DNA from: Armatimonadota bacterium
GTDB taxonomy: Bacteria > Armatimonadota > SYMT01
Direction of reading: 5' to 3'
Length of the DNA: 64,000 nucleotides
Assembly (NCBI GenBank): GCA_046292385.1
Contig: JBKBRF010000023.1
Span: 1-64,000 of the forward strand
The notes below the pieces were generated by a model. It was given only the letters and a program-made list of their open reading frames with translations, was not told the DNA's origin and searched no databases. Positions 30,464-38,275 of this stretch are shown here, one piece after another (position 1 is the stretch's first letter; each line of letters begins with the position of its first letter). The translations under genes and the position numbers were made by a program.

Positions 30464-31566
30464 TGGGTGAAGAGCCGCAGCCGCTCATCCTGCTCAATCC
30501 CGGCCCGGCCGGCACCACGCCGACCGTCCGCCAGGCGCTGCTGACTCCCGATCTCTGCCACCGGGAGCCGGAGTTCTTCGCGGTGATGCGGGAGGTGCGC
30601 GACCAGATCACCGACCTGGCCGGCGGCGGCTCGGAGTGGTCGACCGTCGTCTTCACCGGTTCCGGCACCGCCGCGGTGGAGGCGACCGTCACCTCCGTGG
30701 TGCCGCCGGACCGCAAGCTGCTGGTGATCGACAACGGCGTCTACGGCGACCGCATCCGCCGCATGGCCGTTGCTTCCGGCATCCCCCACCGGACGCTGCG
30801 ATACGAGTGGACGGAGCCGCCGCGCCTGGACGACGTGGAAGCGGCGCTGGCGGAGGACCCGACGATCAGCCACCTGGCGGTAATTCACCACGAGACCACC
30901 ACCGGGCTGCTCAACCCGGTCGCGGAGCTCGCCGCGCTCTGCCGCCGCTGCGGGCGCGAGATCATCGTCGACGCGATGAGCTCCTTCGGCGGGGAGCCGC
31001 TGAACGTGCGGGAGCACGAGATCACTTACCTCGTCTCCAGCTCCAACAAGTGCCTGCAGGGAATGCCGGGCCTCGCGTTCGTGGTCGCGCGCCGCTCCGC
31101 TCTGGAGGGGCTCGCCTCCGTCCCCGCCCGCTCCGTCTACCTCGACCTCCACGCCCAGTGGCAGGCCGAAGAGGCGGACAACACCCCCTTTACCCCGGCG
31201 ATCCAGGTCTTCTTCGCGCTGCGGCAGGCGATCCGGGAGACATACGCGGAAGGCCTGGAGAACCGGTGGCGCCGCTACCGGGAGGCGGCTCTTGCGCTGC
31301 GCGCCGGAATGGCGGAGCTGGGTCTGGAGCCGATCGTGGCGCCGGAGTGGCGGTCGAATACCCTCACCACCTTTCCGCTGCCGGATGGAGTCACCTACGA
31401 CGCGCTCCACGACGCGATGCGCCGGCGCGGCTACGTGATCTACGCGGGCCAGGGTGACCTGAAGAAGTGGGCGTTCCGTATCGCGAACCTTGGCACCCTT
31501 ACGGCCGGGGACATGGCGGGCGTCGTCTCCGCCCTCGGCGACTCGTTCCGGGAGCTGGCTCGATGA
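30463..31566 (+). CDS. 2-aminoethylphosphonate aminotransferase (PhnW/AepZ family)
   Basis: LLNPGP, GSGTAAVE, HHETTTGLLN, VDAMSSFG, SSNKCLQGMPG PLP lysine; TGATG coupling. Confidence 0.9.
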   Translation: MGEEPQPLILLNPGPAGTTPTVRQALLTPDLCHREPEFFAVMREVRDQITDLAGGGSEWSTVVFTGSGTAAVEATVTSVVPPDRKLLVIDNGVYGDRIRRMAVASGIPHRTLRYEWTEPPRLDDVEAALAEDPTISHLAVIHHETTTGLLNPVAELAALCRRCGREIIVDAMSSFGGEPLNVREHEITYLVSSSNKCLQGMPGLAFVVARRSALEGLASVPARSVYLDLHAQWQAEEADNTPFTPAIQVFFALRQAIRETYAEGLENRWRRYREAALALRAGMAELGLEPIVAPEWRSNTLTTFPLPDGVTYDALHDAMRRRGYVIYAGQGDLKKWAFRIANLGTLTAGDMAGVVSALGDSFRELAR

Positions 31567-32282
31567 AAGCGATCATTCTGGCGGCCGGCCGGGGCCGGCG
31601 CCTCGGCGACAGCGTGACCGAGCACCCGAAGTGCCTGCTGGAGATCGGCGGGCGGACGCTGCTCGACCGCATGCTCGCCTCCCTCTCGGCGGCAGGCGTG
31701 GAGGAGGTGACGGTCGTGATCGGACATCTGGGGGAGCAGATCGAGGCGGCGGTCGCCGGACGCCCCGGCGTCAGGACCCGGCTCAACCCGGACTTCCAGA
31801 AAGGCGCGATCCTCTCGCTCTGGACCGCGCGCGAGGAGCTGGACGGGCCGGTGCTGGTGATGGACGCCGACGTGCTCTTTCCGGACGAGATGCTGCGGCG
31901 GCTGGTCGACTCCCCGCACGGCAACTGCTTCCTGATGGATACCCGCTCGGCGGACGACGGCGAGGCGATGATGCTGATGGCCCGCGACGGGCGCGTCTGG
32001 GACATCACCCGCGGCCTGCGCGGCGACTGGGACACGCGCGGCGAGTCGGTCGGCTTCCTGAAGCTCGACGCGGACGGCGCGCGCGCGCTGCGCCGGCTGC
32101 TGGAAGAGGCGATTGCCCGCGGCGAGGACGGCGGCGAGCACGAGGAGCTCTACCCCGCGCTGATGCGGGAGTGCGTGATCGGCTTCGAGACGGCGGACGA
32201 CTTCCCGTGGCTGGAGATCGACTTCCCGGAAGACGTAGAGCGCGCCCGGGAGTTGGTGGCGGGTGAGGGGCAGCGTTCGTGA
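31563..32282 (+). CDS. Phosphocholine/phosphonate cytidylyltransferase (LicC/PntC-like)
   Basis: MKAIILAAGRGRRL, PKCLL, MDADV, GESVG, WLEIDFPED. Confidence 0.88.
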   Translation: MKAIILAAGRGRRLGDSVTEHPKCLLEIGGRTLLDRMLASLSAAGVEEVTVVIGHLGEQIEAAVAGRPGVRTRLNPDFQKGAILSLWTAREELDGPVLVMDADVLFPDEMLRRLVDSPHGNCFLMDTRSADDGEAMMLMARDGRVWDITRGLRGDWDTRGESVGFLKLDADGARALRRLLEEAIARGEDGGEHEELYPALMRECVIGFETADDFPWLEIDFPEDVERARELVAGEGQRS

Positions 32283-33556
32283 TTAGAGCCTGGATCTTCG
32301 ACACCGATCTCCCCTTCCTGCCCGCCGGCGCCGCCGCCTCCACCGTCCCGCCCGAGACCCGGATGGCCGGGCTCACGCTGCTGCGGCGGATGATCCTGAT
32401 GGCGCGCCACGAAGGCGCGGAGCAGGTGACGGTGATTGCGCGCGATGAGACCGCGCGGCAGTGCTGGGTCGCGTCGGAAGGGCATCACCCCGTCGCGATC
32501 GCCAGCGTGACCGACGCCGCGTCGGCGCCGCTGGACGAGGACGACCAGGTCCTGCTCCTCTCCACCCACCTGCTCCCGGAGCGCGGTCTGCTGCGCCGGA
32601 TCCTCGGCGAGGCTCGAGAGCGGGAGATGCCGGTTTCCGCCGCTCCCGAGGAAGGCGGCGCGTGCGGACCCGCGCTCGTTCCCGCCGGGTGGCTCCTCCC
32701 CGCCCTGCGCGCCGGCGCTGCTCCCGCCGAGGCGGCCCGGCAGGCGCTCCGGTCCGGGAGACTCGTCCCGCTGGAGGTGAACCCGGGAGCGGTCCGCCAC
32801 CTCACCTCCCCCGAGGCGGTGCGCGCGGCCGATCGGAGCCTCTACGAAGGGCTCACTTCGGTGGCGGACGGCTACATCGACCGCACCTTCAACCGCCGCC
32901 TCTCGAAGTGGTTCACCCGCGCGATCATCAACCTGCCGATCACGCCGAACGCCGTCACCGGCCTTCACTTCTCCCTCGGGCTGGTGGCGGCGTGGCTCTT
33001 CGGAACCGGCGAGTACTGGCAGCAGGCGCTCGGCGCGGTGCTGCTGCAGCTTGCGGTGGCGCTCGACTGCTCCGACGGGGAGGTCGCGCGCCTGAAGTAC
33101 CAGTTCAGCAAGGCGGGCGGCTGGCTCGACGTCTGGGCGGACGTGCTGGTCACCATCGCGGTGTTCATCGGCGTGGCGAAGTCGGCCACGGGCATCCTCG
33201 GCACTTCCACGGCGCTCACCCTGGGCGCGCTGGCAGCCAGCGGCGTGCTGATGTGCATCGTCGTGATCTACTCGCTCGCGCAGGTGCAGTCGCGCCGCGG
33301 AGAGGCGGCCCGGCTCGCCGCCACCAGCCGACTCGGCTCCGGCACCGCGCCCGCCGCCGGGGGGAACGCGCTGATCGACGCCGTGATGAACGAGGCGACC
33401 TCTCGCGACTTCACGGTGCTGATCGTCGGCTGCGCGCTGATCGGCCGCCTGGAATGGATCGCCTGGATGGCCGGCGTCGGCTCCCACCTCTTCTGGATGG
33501 TCTTCGCCGCCATCCAGCTCGCCCTCTTCCGCACCGCTCGCACGGAGCCGCGATAG
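32279..33556 (+). CDS. CDP-alcohol phosphatidyltransferase with degenerate N-terminal soluble domain
   Basis: ITPNAVT and DCSDGEVARLKYQFSKAGGWLDVWAD matching DxxDGxxAR..GxxxDxxxD; multiple TM helices. Confidence 0.9.
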   Translation: MIRAWIFDTDLPFLPAGAAASTVPPETRMAGLTLLRRMILMARHEGAEQVTVIARDETARQCWVASEGHHPVAIASVTDAASAPLDEDDQVLLLSTHLLPERGLLRRILGEAREREMPVSAAPEEGGACGPALVPAGWLLPALRAGAAPAEAARQALRSGRLVPLEVNPGAVRHLTSPEAVRAADRSLYEGLTSVADGYIDRTFNRRLSKWFTRAIINLPITPNAVTGLHFSLGLVAAWLFGTGEYWQQALGAVLLQLAVALDCSDGEVARLKYQFSKAGGWLDVWADVLVTIAVFIGVAKSATGILGTSTALTLGALAASGVLMCIVVIYSLAQVQSRRGEAARLAATSRLGSGTAPAAGGNALIDAVMNEATSRDFTVLIVGCALIGRLEWIAWMAGVGSHLFWMVFAAIQLALFRTARTEPR

Positions 33557-33562
33557 CCAGTT

Positions 33563-33717
33563 CCGAACGAACGCGAAGGCGCGAAGTTCACGCGAAGGAC
33601 GCGAAGGAAAGCCCGTGGAGAAACCCGAAGCGCTGCGTCAGCATCCGGTTTCCGCGGCAGCGTTTACCCAATCCCTTTCGCGTTCTTCCTTCCCTTCGCG
33701 CCTTCGCGTTCGTTCGG
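33563..33717. repeat. Perfect 24-bp inverted repeat with CGCGAAGG subrepeats between convergent genes
   Basis: CCGAACGAACGCGAAGGCGCGAAG (33563-33586) and exact reverse complement (33694-33717); further degenerate units to ~33755. Confidence 0.8.
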
Positions 33718-33753
33718 GAGTGCCTTCGCGTTCGCTCGGAAGCGCCTTTGCGT

Positions 33754-34527
33754 TCAGCGGCGCTTCTTCTTCAGCAGGCCCTTGATGCCGAAGTAGGCGA
33801 AGGCGTCCTTCAGGTTGGAGAAGATCCGCTGGAAGCGGCCCATCTCCTGGTTGGTGACGTACTCCAGGGTGAGCACGATCCGCTCCTCGCCCGCGGCGAG
33901 CGGCGTGACGGCGTGCCAGAGCTTGTCGCCGTTGAAGACCACTAGCGAGCCGGGCTCGGTCGCCAGGCGCACCTCCTCGGTCTCCCGGTGGGGGTCGTCC
34001 TTGTAGAGCTGGCAGACCAGCCGGCACGAGGGGGAGCGCTCGACGATGCCGAGCAGCACCGTGTAGCGGGCGCCCTTGTAGTAGGACGTGTCGTAGTGGA
34101 AGCCGATGTGGTCTCCCGGCTCCGTGTAGTAGTAGAGAGCGCAGGAATGCGGATCGTCCTCGGGACAGGTCATCAGCTCGGCGCCGACAAGCCGGCTCAG
34201 GAAGTCGATGAACGCCGGGGACCGGTAGAGCTCGATGTATGCCGGCGCGTGCTCCTGGAGCTGGTAGTAGCTGACGCTGCCGCCCTTCTTGTGCCCGGGG
34301 ATGAAGTTGCGGTTCATCTCCGAGCGCAGGCGCTGCGCCGCCGGCACCAGCTCCGCCTCCACCGCGTCTCGCGGCAGGAACGGGTCGAGAAAGAGGCACT
34401 CGTTCTGGTCCCAGTAAGTCTTCCGCACCTCCTCGAAGCTCCGCGCCGCCACCGCCGAACGGACCGCCTCCTCCAGGCCGGTAGAACTGGGTGCGTTAGC
34501 GGAAAGTCGGGATTCGGGGGCGATCAT
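33754..34527 (-). CDS. 2OG-Fe(II) oxygenase superfamily protein
   Basis: HIGFHYD (HxD), LWHAVTPL distal His, ERIVL Arg. Confidence 0.85.
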   Translation of the reverse strand: MIAPESRLSANAPSSTGLEEAVRSAVAARSFEEVRKTYWDQNECLFLDPFLPRDAVEAELVPAAQRLRSEMNRNFIPGHKKGGSVSYYQLQEHAPAYIELYRSPAFIDFLSRLVGAELMTCPEDDPHSCALYYYTEPGDHIGFHYDTSYYKGARYTVLLGIVERSPSCRLVCQLYKDDPHRETEEVRLATEPGSLVVFNGDKLWHAVTPLAAGEERIVLTLEYVTNQEMGRFQRIFSNLKDAFAYFGIKGLLKKKRR

Positions 34528-34681
34528 CCTCAAGGCTCCTGCGGCGGCACGGCGGTCCGGAAAGGCGACCCGGTACACGCACCGGACCTCTTCGCCCCTT
34601 CAGCCCGCTTCCCCTTCCACGAGACCGATACCGGTTCTCGCGGCTCGGGCTCCAGGGAGGCGGCTGACGTCTGCGGTTACT

Positions 34682-34804
34682 CGGAACCCGAGGCGTCCGG
34701 AGGCGCAGCCGGAGCGTGAGACGCTTGTCCCCCGCACGGGGGAGCCGCGGAGGGTAAACGCCGGGTGAGGGCCGACACCCGGCATCAGGGGGCGCAGGGG
34801 TCGG
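34682..34804 (+). ncRNA. Short, internally deleted copy A of an unassigned structured repeat/RNA
   Basis: Matches 52890-52918 and then 53103-53199 of copy B (e.g. GCTTGTCCCCCGcACGGGGG, GAGGGCcGA, GGGCGCaGGGGTCGG). Confidence 0.5.
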
Positions 34805-34917
34805 ACTCGCGATAACGGTACACCACCGTGAGAGACGGCAACCGACCTCGGCCGAAGGGCACGGGGTCGGCCCCGCGGTTTCAACGCTGCTCAACGACAA
34901 CCAAACCCCACCCCCTG

Positions 34918-36498
34918 ATGTCCCACTACGACACCATCATCGTCGGCGCCGGCCATAACGGCCTCGTCTGCGCCGCCTACCTGGCGCGGGCCGGCCGCCG
35001 CGTCCTCGTGCTGGAGCGGCGAGAGGTAATCGGCGGCGCCTGCGTGACGGAGGAGCTCTGGCCGGGCTTCAAGGTCTCCACCGCTTCCTACGTCAACAGC
35101 CTGCTGCGGCCGGAGATCATCCGCGAGCTGGAGCTGAAGCGGCACGGATTCCAGATGCTGCCGCGGAACCCGTCGTCGTTCACCCCGTTTCCGGACGGCC
35201 GCTCCCTGCTCCTGGGCCCGGATGCCGCGGCGAACCACCGGGAGGTGAGCAAGTTCTCCGCGCGCGACGCCGACGCGCTGCCCCGCTACGAGCGGATGCT
35301 GGAGCGGGTGGCCGACCTGGTCGAGCCGACGCTGATGGAGCCGCCGCCCGACCCGTGGTCCGGCCGTCCCGCCGACCTCCTCCGGCTGGCGCGCCTTGCC
35401 TGGAAGCTCTCCCGGATGGGCGCCGACGGCCCCCGCGCGCTCGAGGTGCTCACCGGCGCCGCGCGGGAGATCCTGGACCGCTGGTTCGAGTCGGAGGAGC
35501 TGAAGGCGACCCTCGCCACCGACGCCGTGATCGGCGCGATGGCGGCCCCGTCGATGCCCGGAACCGCCTACGTCCTCTTCCACCACGTGATGGGCGAGTG
35601 CGACGGCGCGCGCGGCGTGTGGGGATACGTCCGCGGCGGGATGGGCGGCATCACGCAGGCGCTCGCCTCCGCGGCGCGGGCCCACGGCGCCGAGATCCGC
35701 ACGAACGCGCCCGTGGCGCGGATCCGGGTCCGCGGTGGCCGCGCGGACGGCGTGGTGCTGGAAGACGGCACCGAGATCGCCGCCGACCGCGTCGCCTCCA
35801 ACGCCGATGCCCACGTCACCTTCGTGAAGCTGACCGACCCCGCGGAGCTGCCGCCCGAGTTCCTCCAGGCGGTGCGCGGAATCGACTACACCAGCCCCTC
35901 GCTCAAGATCAACCTGGCGCTCAGCGAGGTGCCGGACTTCACCGCGCTGCCTGGCCGGGTGCCCGGTCCGCAGCACCGGGGCACGATCCACCTCTGCCCC
36001 ACGCTCGACACGATCGAGCGCGCCTACGACGACGCGAAGTACGGCCGCCCTTCCTCGACGCCGATCCTCGAGTGCACGCTTCCGAGCGCCGTCGACGACA
36101 CCCTGGCCCCTCCCGGGCAGCACGTGATGTCGATGTTCGTCCAGTATGCCCCCACGAATCTCCGCGAGGGCTCCTGGGACGACGTGAAGGAGGCGTTCGC
36201 CGACCGCTGCTTCGAGATCATGGACCAGTACGCGCCAAACTTCAGCCGGTCCGTGCTGCACCGGGAGGTGCTCTCGCCTCTCGATATCGAGCGCCGCTAC
36301 GCGCTCACCGGCGGCAACATCTTCCAGGGCGCGATGACGCTGAGCCAGCTCTTCTTCCTGCGTCCGGTCGCCGGCTACGCGCAGTACCGCACCCCCATTC
36401 GCGGTCTCTATCTCTGCGGAGCGGCCGCGCATCCCGGCGGGGGCGTGATGGGCGCCTGCGGCTACAACGCCGCGCGGGTGATCCTCCGCGACCGCTGA
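34918..36498 (+). CDS. Phytoene dehydrogenase-like FAD-dependent oxidoreductase (PYROXD2-like)
   Basis: IIVGAGHNGL, LERR..GGAC, GGMG, GGNIFQG, LCGAAAHPGGGVMG. Confidence 0.9.
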   Translation: MSHYDTIIVGAGHNGLVCAAYLARAGRRVLVLERREVIGGACVTEELWPGFKVSTASYVNSLLRPEIIRELELKRHGFQMLPRNPSSFTPFPDGRSLLLGPDAAANHREVSKFSARDADALPRYERMLERVADLVEPTLMEPPPDPWSGRPADLLRLARLAWKLSRMGADGPRALEVLTGAAREILDRWFESEELKATLATDAVIGAMAAPSMPGTAYVLFHHVMGECDGARGVWGYVRGGMGGITQALASAARAHGAEIRTNAPVARIRVRGGRADGVVLEDGTEIAADRVASNADAHVTFVKLTDPAELPPEFLQAVRGIDYTSPSLKINLALSEVPDFTALPGRVPGPQHRGTIHLCPTLDTIERAYDDAKYGRPSSTPILECTLPSAVDDTLAPPGQHVMSMFVQYAPTNLREGSWDDVKEAFADRCFEIMDQYAPNFSRSVLHREVLSPLDIERRYALTGGNIFQGAMTLSQLFFLRPVAGYAQYRTPIRGLYLCGAAAHPGGGVMGACGYNAARVILRDR

Positions 36499-36516
36499 GC
36501 CCGGTGGAGGATCGCG

Positions 36517-37248
36517 ATGCCCGACCTCTCCCCAGCCACCCGCGCCGCCGTCGAAGGTTATTGGGCGAGCTTCCTCGGTCTCCCCGCCTCCACCTGGTGC
36601 CACAGTGGGGTCCGCGTGGTGCGGCACGGGCCCGAGCTGGCGGACTATCGGGGCGTCTACTCGCTGCTGGTGCCGGGTCTGGCGATCCTCTCCGCTCCCG
36701 CGTCTCGACTGTCGCAGGTGGAGCGCCTGGCCGCTCGCGCGTCGCCGGAGTCCCTGCGCGACTCGACCTTCTGGAGCGACGCGCTGCAGGTCCCGCTAGC
36801 ACGCGTGATCGGTCCCGCCGTCCTCGGGTACGCGGACGCCGAGCACCTCCGCGAGCTCCCCGGTGACGCAAGGCTTCTGGACGCTTCCGACTTCCCGGCC
36901 GCGCAGGCACTGCGCGAAGTGTGCCCGCCACAGGAGTGGGCCCATGGCGGCAGCGACCCCGCGGAAGTGCCGGCCGCCGGCGTCTTCCGCGGAGACACGC
37001 TGGCAGCGCTGGCCGGGTACGAGGTCTGGGGGAACGTCCTCGCGCACCTCTGCGTCGTCACCCACCCGGGATACCGGGGCCGGGGTCTCGGGCGGCAGGC
37101 GGTGAGCCGGATCGCGCTCCACGCGCTGGGGCTCGGCTTCGTCCCGCAGTACCGCACACTCGAATCGAACCGCGCCTCGATGGCGATCGGAAAGGCGCTC
37201 GGGTTCCGTACCTGGGGCCGCAGCATCGCAGTGCGTCTACCGCCCTGA
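36517..37248 (+). CDS. GNAT family acetyltransferase
   Basis: VVTHPGYRGRGLG acetyl-CoA motif, N.AS...LGF. Confidence 0.85.
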   Translation: MPDLSPATRAAVEGYWASFLGLPASTWCHSGVRVVRHGPELADYRGVYSLLVPGLAILSAPASRLSQVERLAARASPESLRDSTFWSDALQVPLARVIGPAVLGYADAEHLRELPGDARLLDASDFPAAQALREVCPPQEWAHGGSDPAEVPAAGVFRGDTLAALAGYEVWGNVLAHLCVVTHPGYRGRGLGRQAVSRIALHALGLGFVPQYRTLESNRASMAIGKALGFRTWGRSIAVRLPP

Positions 37249-37301
37249 TAGGGCCGAGCTTCCCCAGGCCTGAAGAGAGAGCTCGCGGCCTGGGTCAGAA
37301 T

Positions 37302-37329
37302 TCATCCCTCATCCCTCATCCCTCATCCC
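37302..37329. repeat. Heptamer tandem repeat (TCATCCC)x4
   Basis: Read directly from intergenic sequence. Confidence 0.85.
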
Positions 37330-37396
37330 TCAGAACCGGGCATCCTGATCTCAGAGGCGGGATGGAGCGCCTCCGTAGTGGAGAGGGGAAAGCGGT

Positions 37397-37810
37397 ATGA
37401 CACCCCCGACAGGGAGCCTCGGATGGTGGTGCGGAGCGGAGACGCCTCCGCTGCTGCCGGGAGAGTGGGCGTTTCGGATCGATGCGGGGTGCCCTGCCGC
37501 CGTCTCACCCCTCAACCCCCGGGGCATTCCCACGTTGGCGCCGTTCCAGAGCAGCCCGTGGTCCGCCGAGATCAGCCTCGATGACGTAGTCGGGATACCG
37601 TCGGGCGCGCGGGTCGTCCTTTCCCTCACCGGGCCCGGCTTCGAGCACCGGCTGCGCGGCCGGGTCGATACCGTCCACGAGGGAGCTTCCGGACCGGTCG
37701 CCGTCATCTCCGGCACCACCTGGGAGCCGCTCGGGATCCCGAGCCCGATGCACGCGGGCGACGATGGCGTGCGGCTCCGGCTGGAGCGTTGGATCGGTGA
37801 ATCGCTGTGA
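37397..37810 (+). CDS. Hypothetical protein
   Basis: 137 aa ORF, GTGA overlap with next ORF. Confidence 0.5.
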   Translation: MTPPTGSLGWWCGAETPPLLPGEWAFRIDAGCPAAVSPLNPRGIPTLAPFQSSPWSAEISLDDVVGIPSGARVVLSLTGPGFEHRLRGRVDTVHEGASGPVAVISGTTWEPLGIPSPMHAGDDGVRLRLERWIGESL

Positions 37811-38193
37811 GTGTCGAGACGACGAGCACCACGACGATCGAGTCGCTGACGCGTCGACTGGCGCTCTACGAGGAGCTGCAGGGCCAGGTCCGCCAGGCCG
37901 AATCGCTCGCGCAGCGGATCCGCCACCACCTGGGAGCCGCCCGCCGCGACTACCCTGGCCTGCCGCTGATGGAGCCGATCCGCGAACTGGAGATGCTGAA
38001 GCAGCTCCTGCGCAGCGCGGACCTGATGCTGGCGGACCTGATGGCGCTCGACAGCGCCACGCCGGGCGTTGATGCGCACGCCGCGGAGCCGCTGACCGGC
38101 CCGGCGGCGGCGCAGCGCGCGTCGGAAGAGCAGCGGAGCCGCACCCTCCGCATGCTCCGACACCTCGCCGAAGAGTCGCGATCGGGGGGCTGA
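37807..38193 (+). CDS. Hypothetical helical protein
   Basis: 128 aa coiled-coil-like ORF with genome-typical codon usage. Confidence 0.6.
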   Translation: MSVETTSTTTIESLTRRLALYEELQGQVRQAESLAQRIRHHLGAARRDYPGLPLMEPIRELEMLKQLLRSADLMLADLMALDSATPGVDAHAAEPLTGPAAAQRASEEQRSRTLRMLRHLAEESRSGG

Positions 38194-38275
38194 TCGAAAG
38201 CCAATACGGCGAGGTGGCGGCGAGGTGTATTCCTCAAAAGTGAACGGCATCCGTGCGAAACGCCACCATGCTCGC

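Noticed and set aside
33754..34527. BesD-type halogenase
   Set aside because: Retains the HxD carboxylate ligand; halogenases have HxG/A
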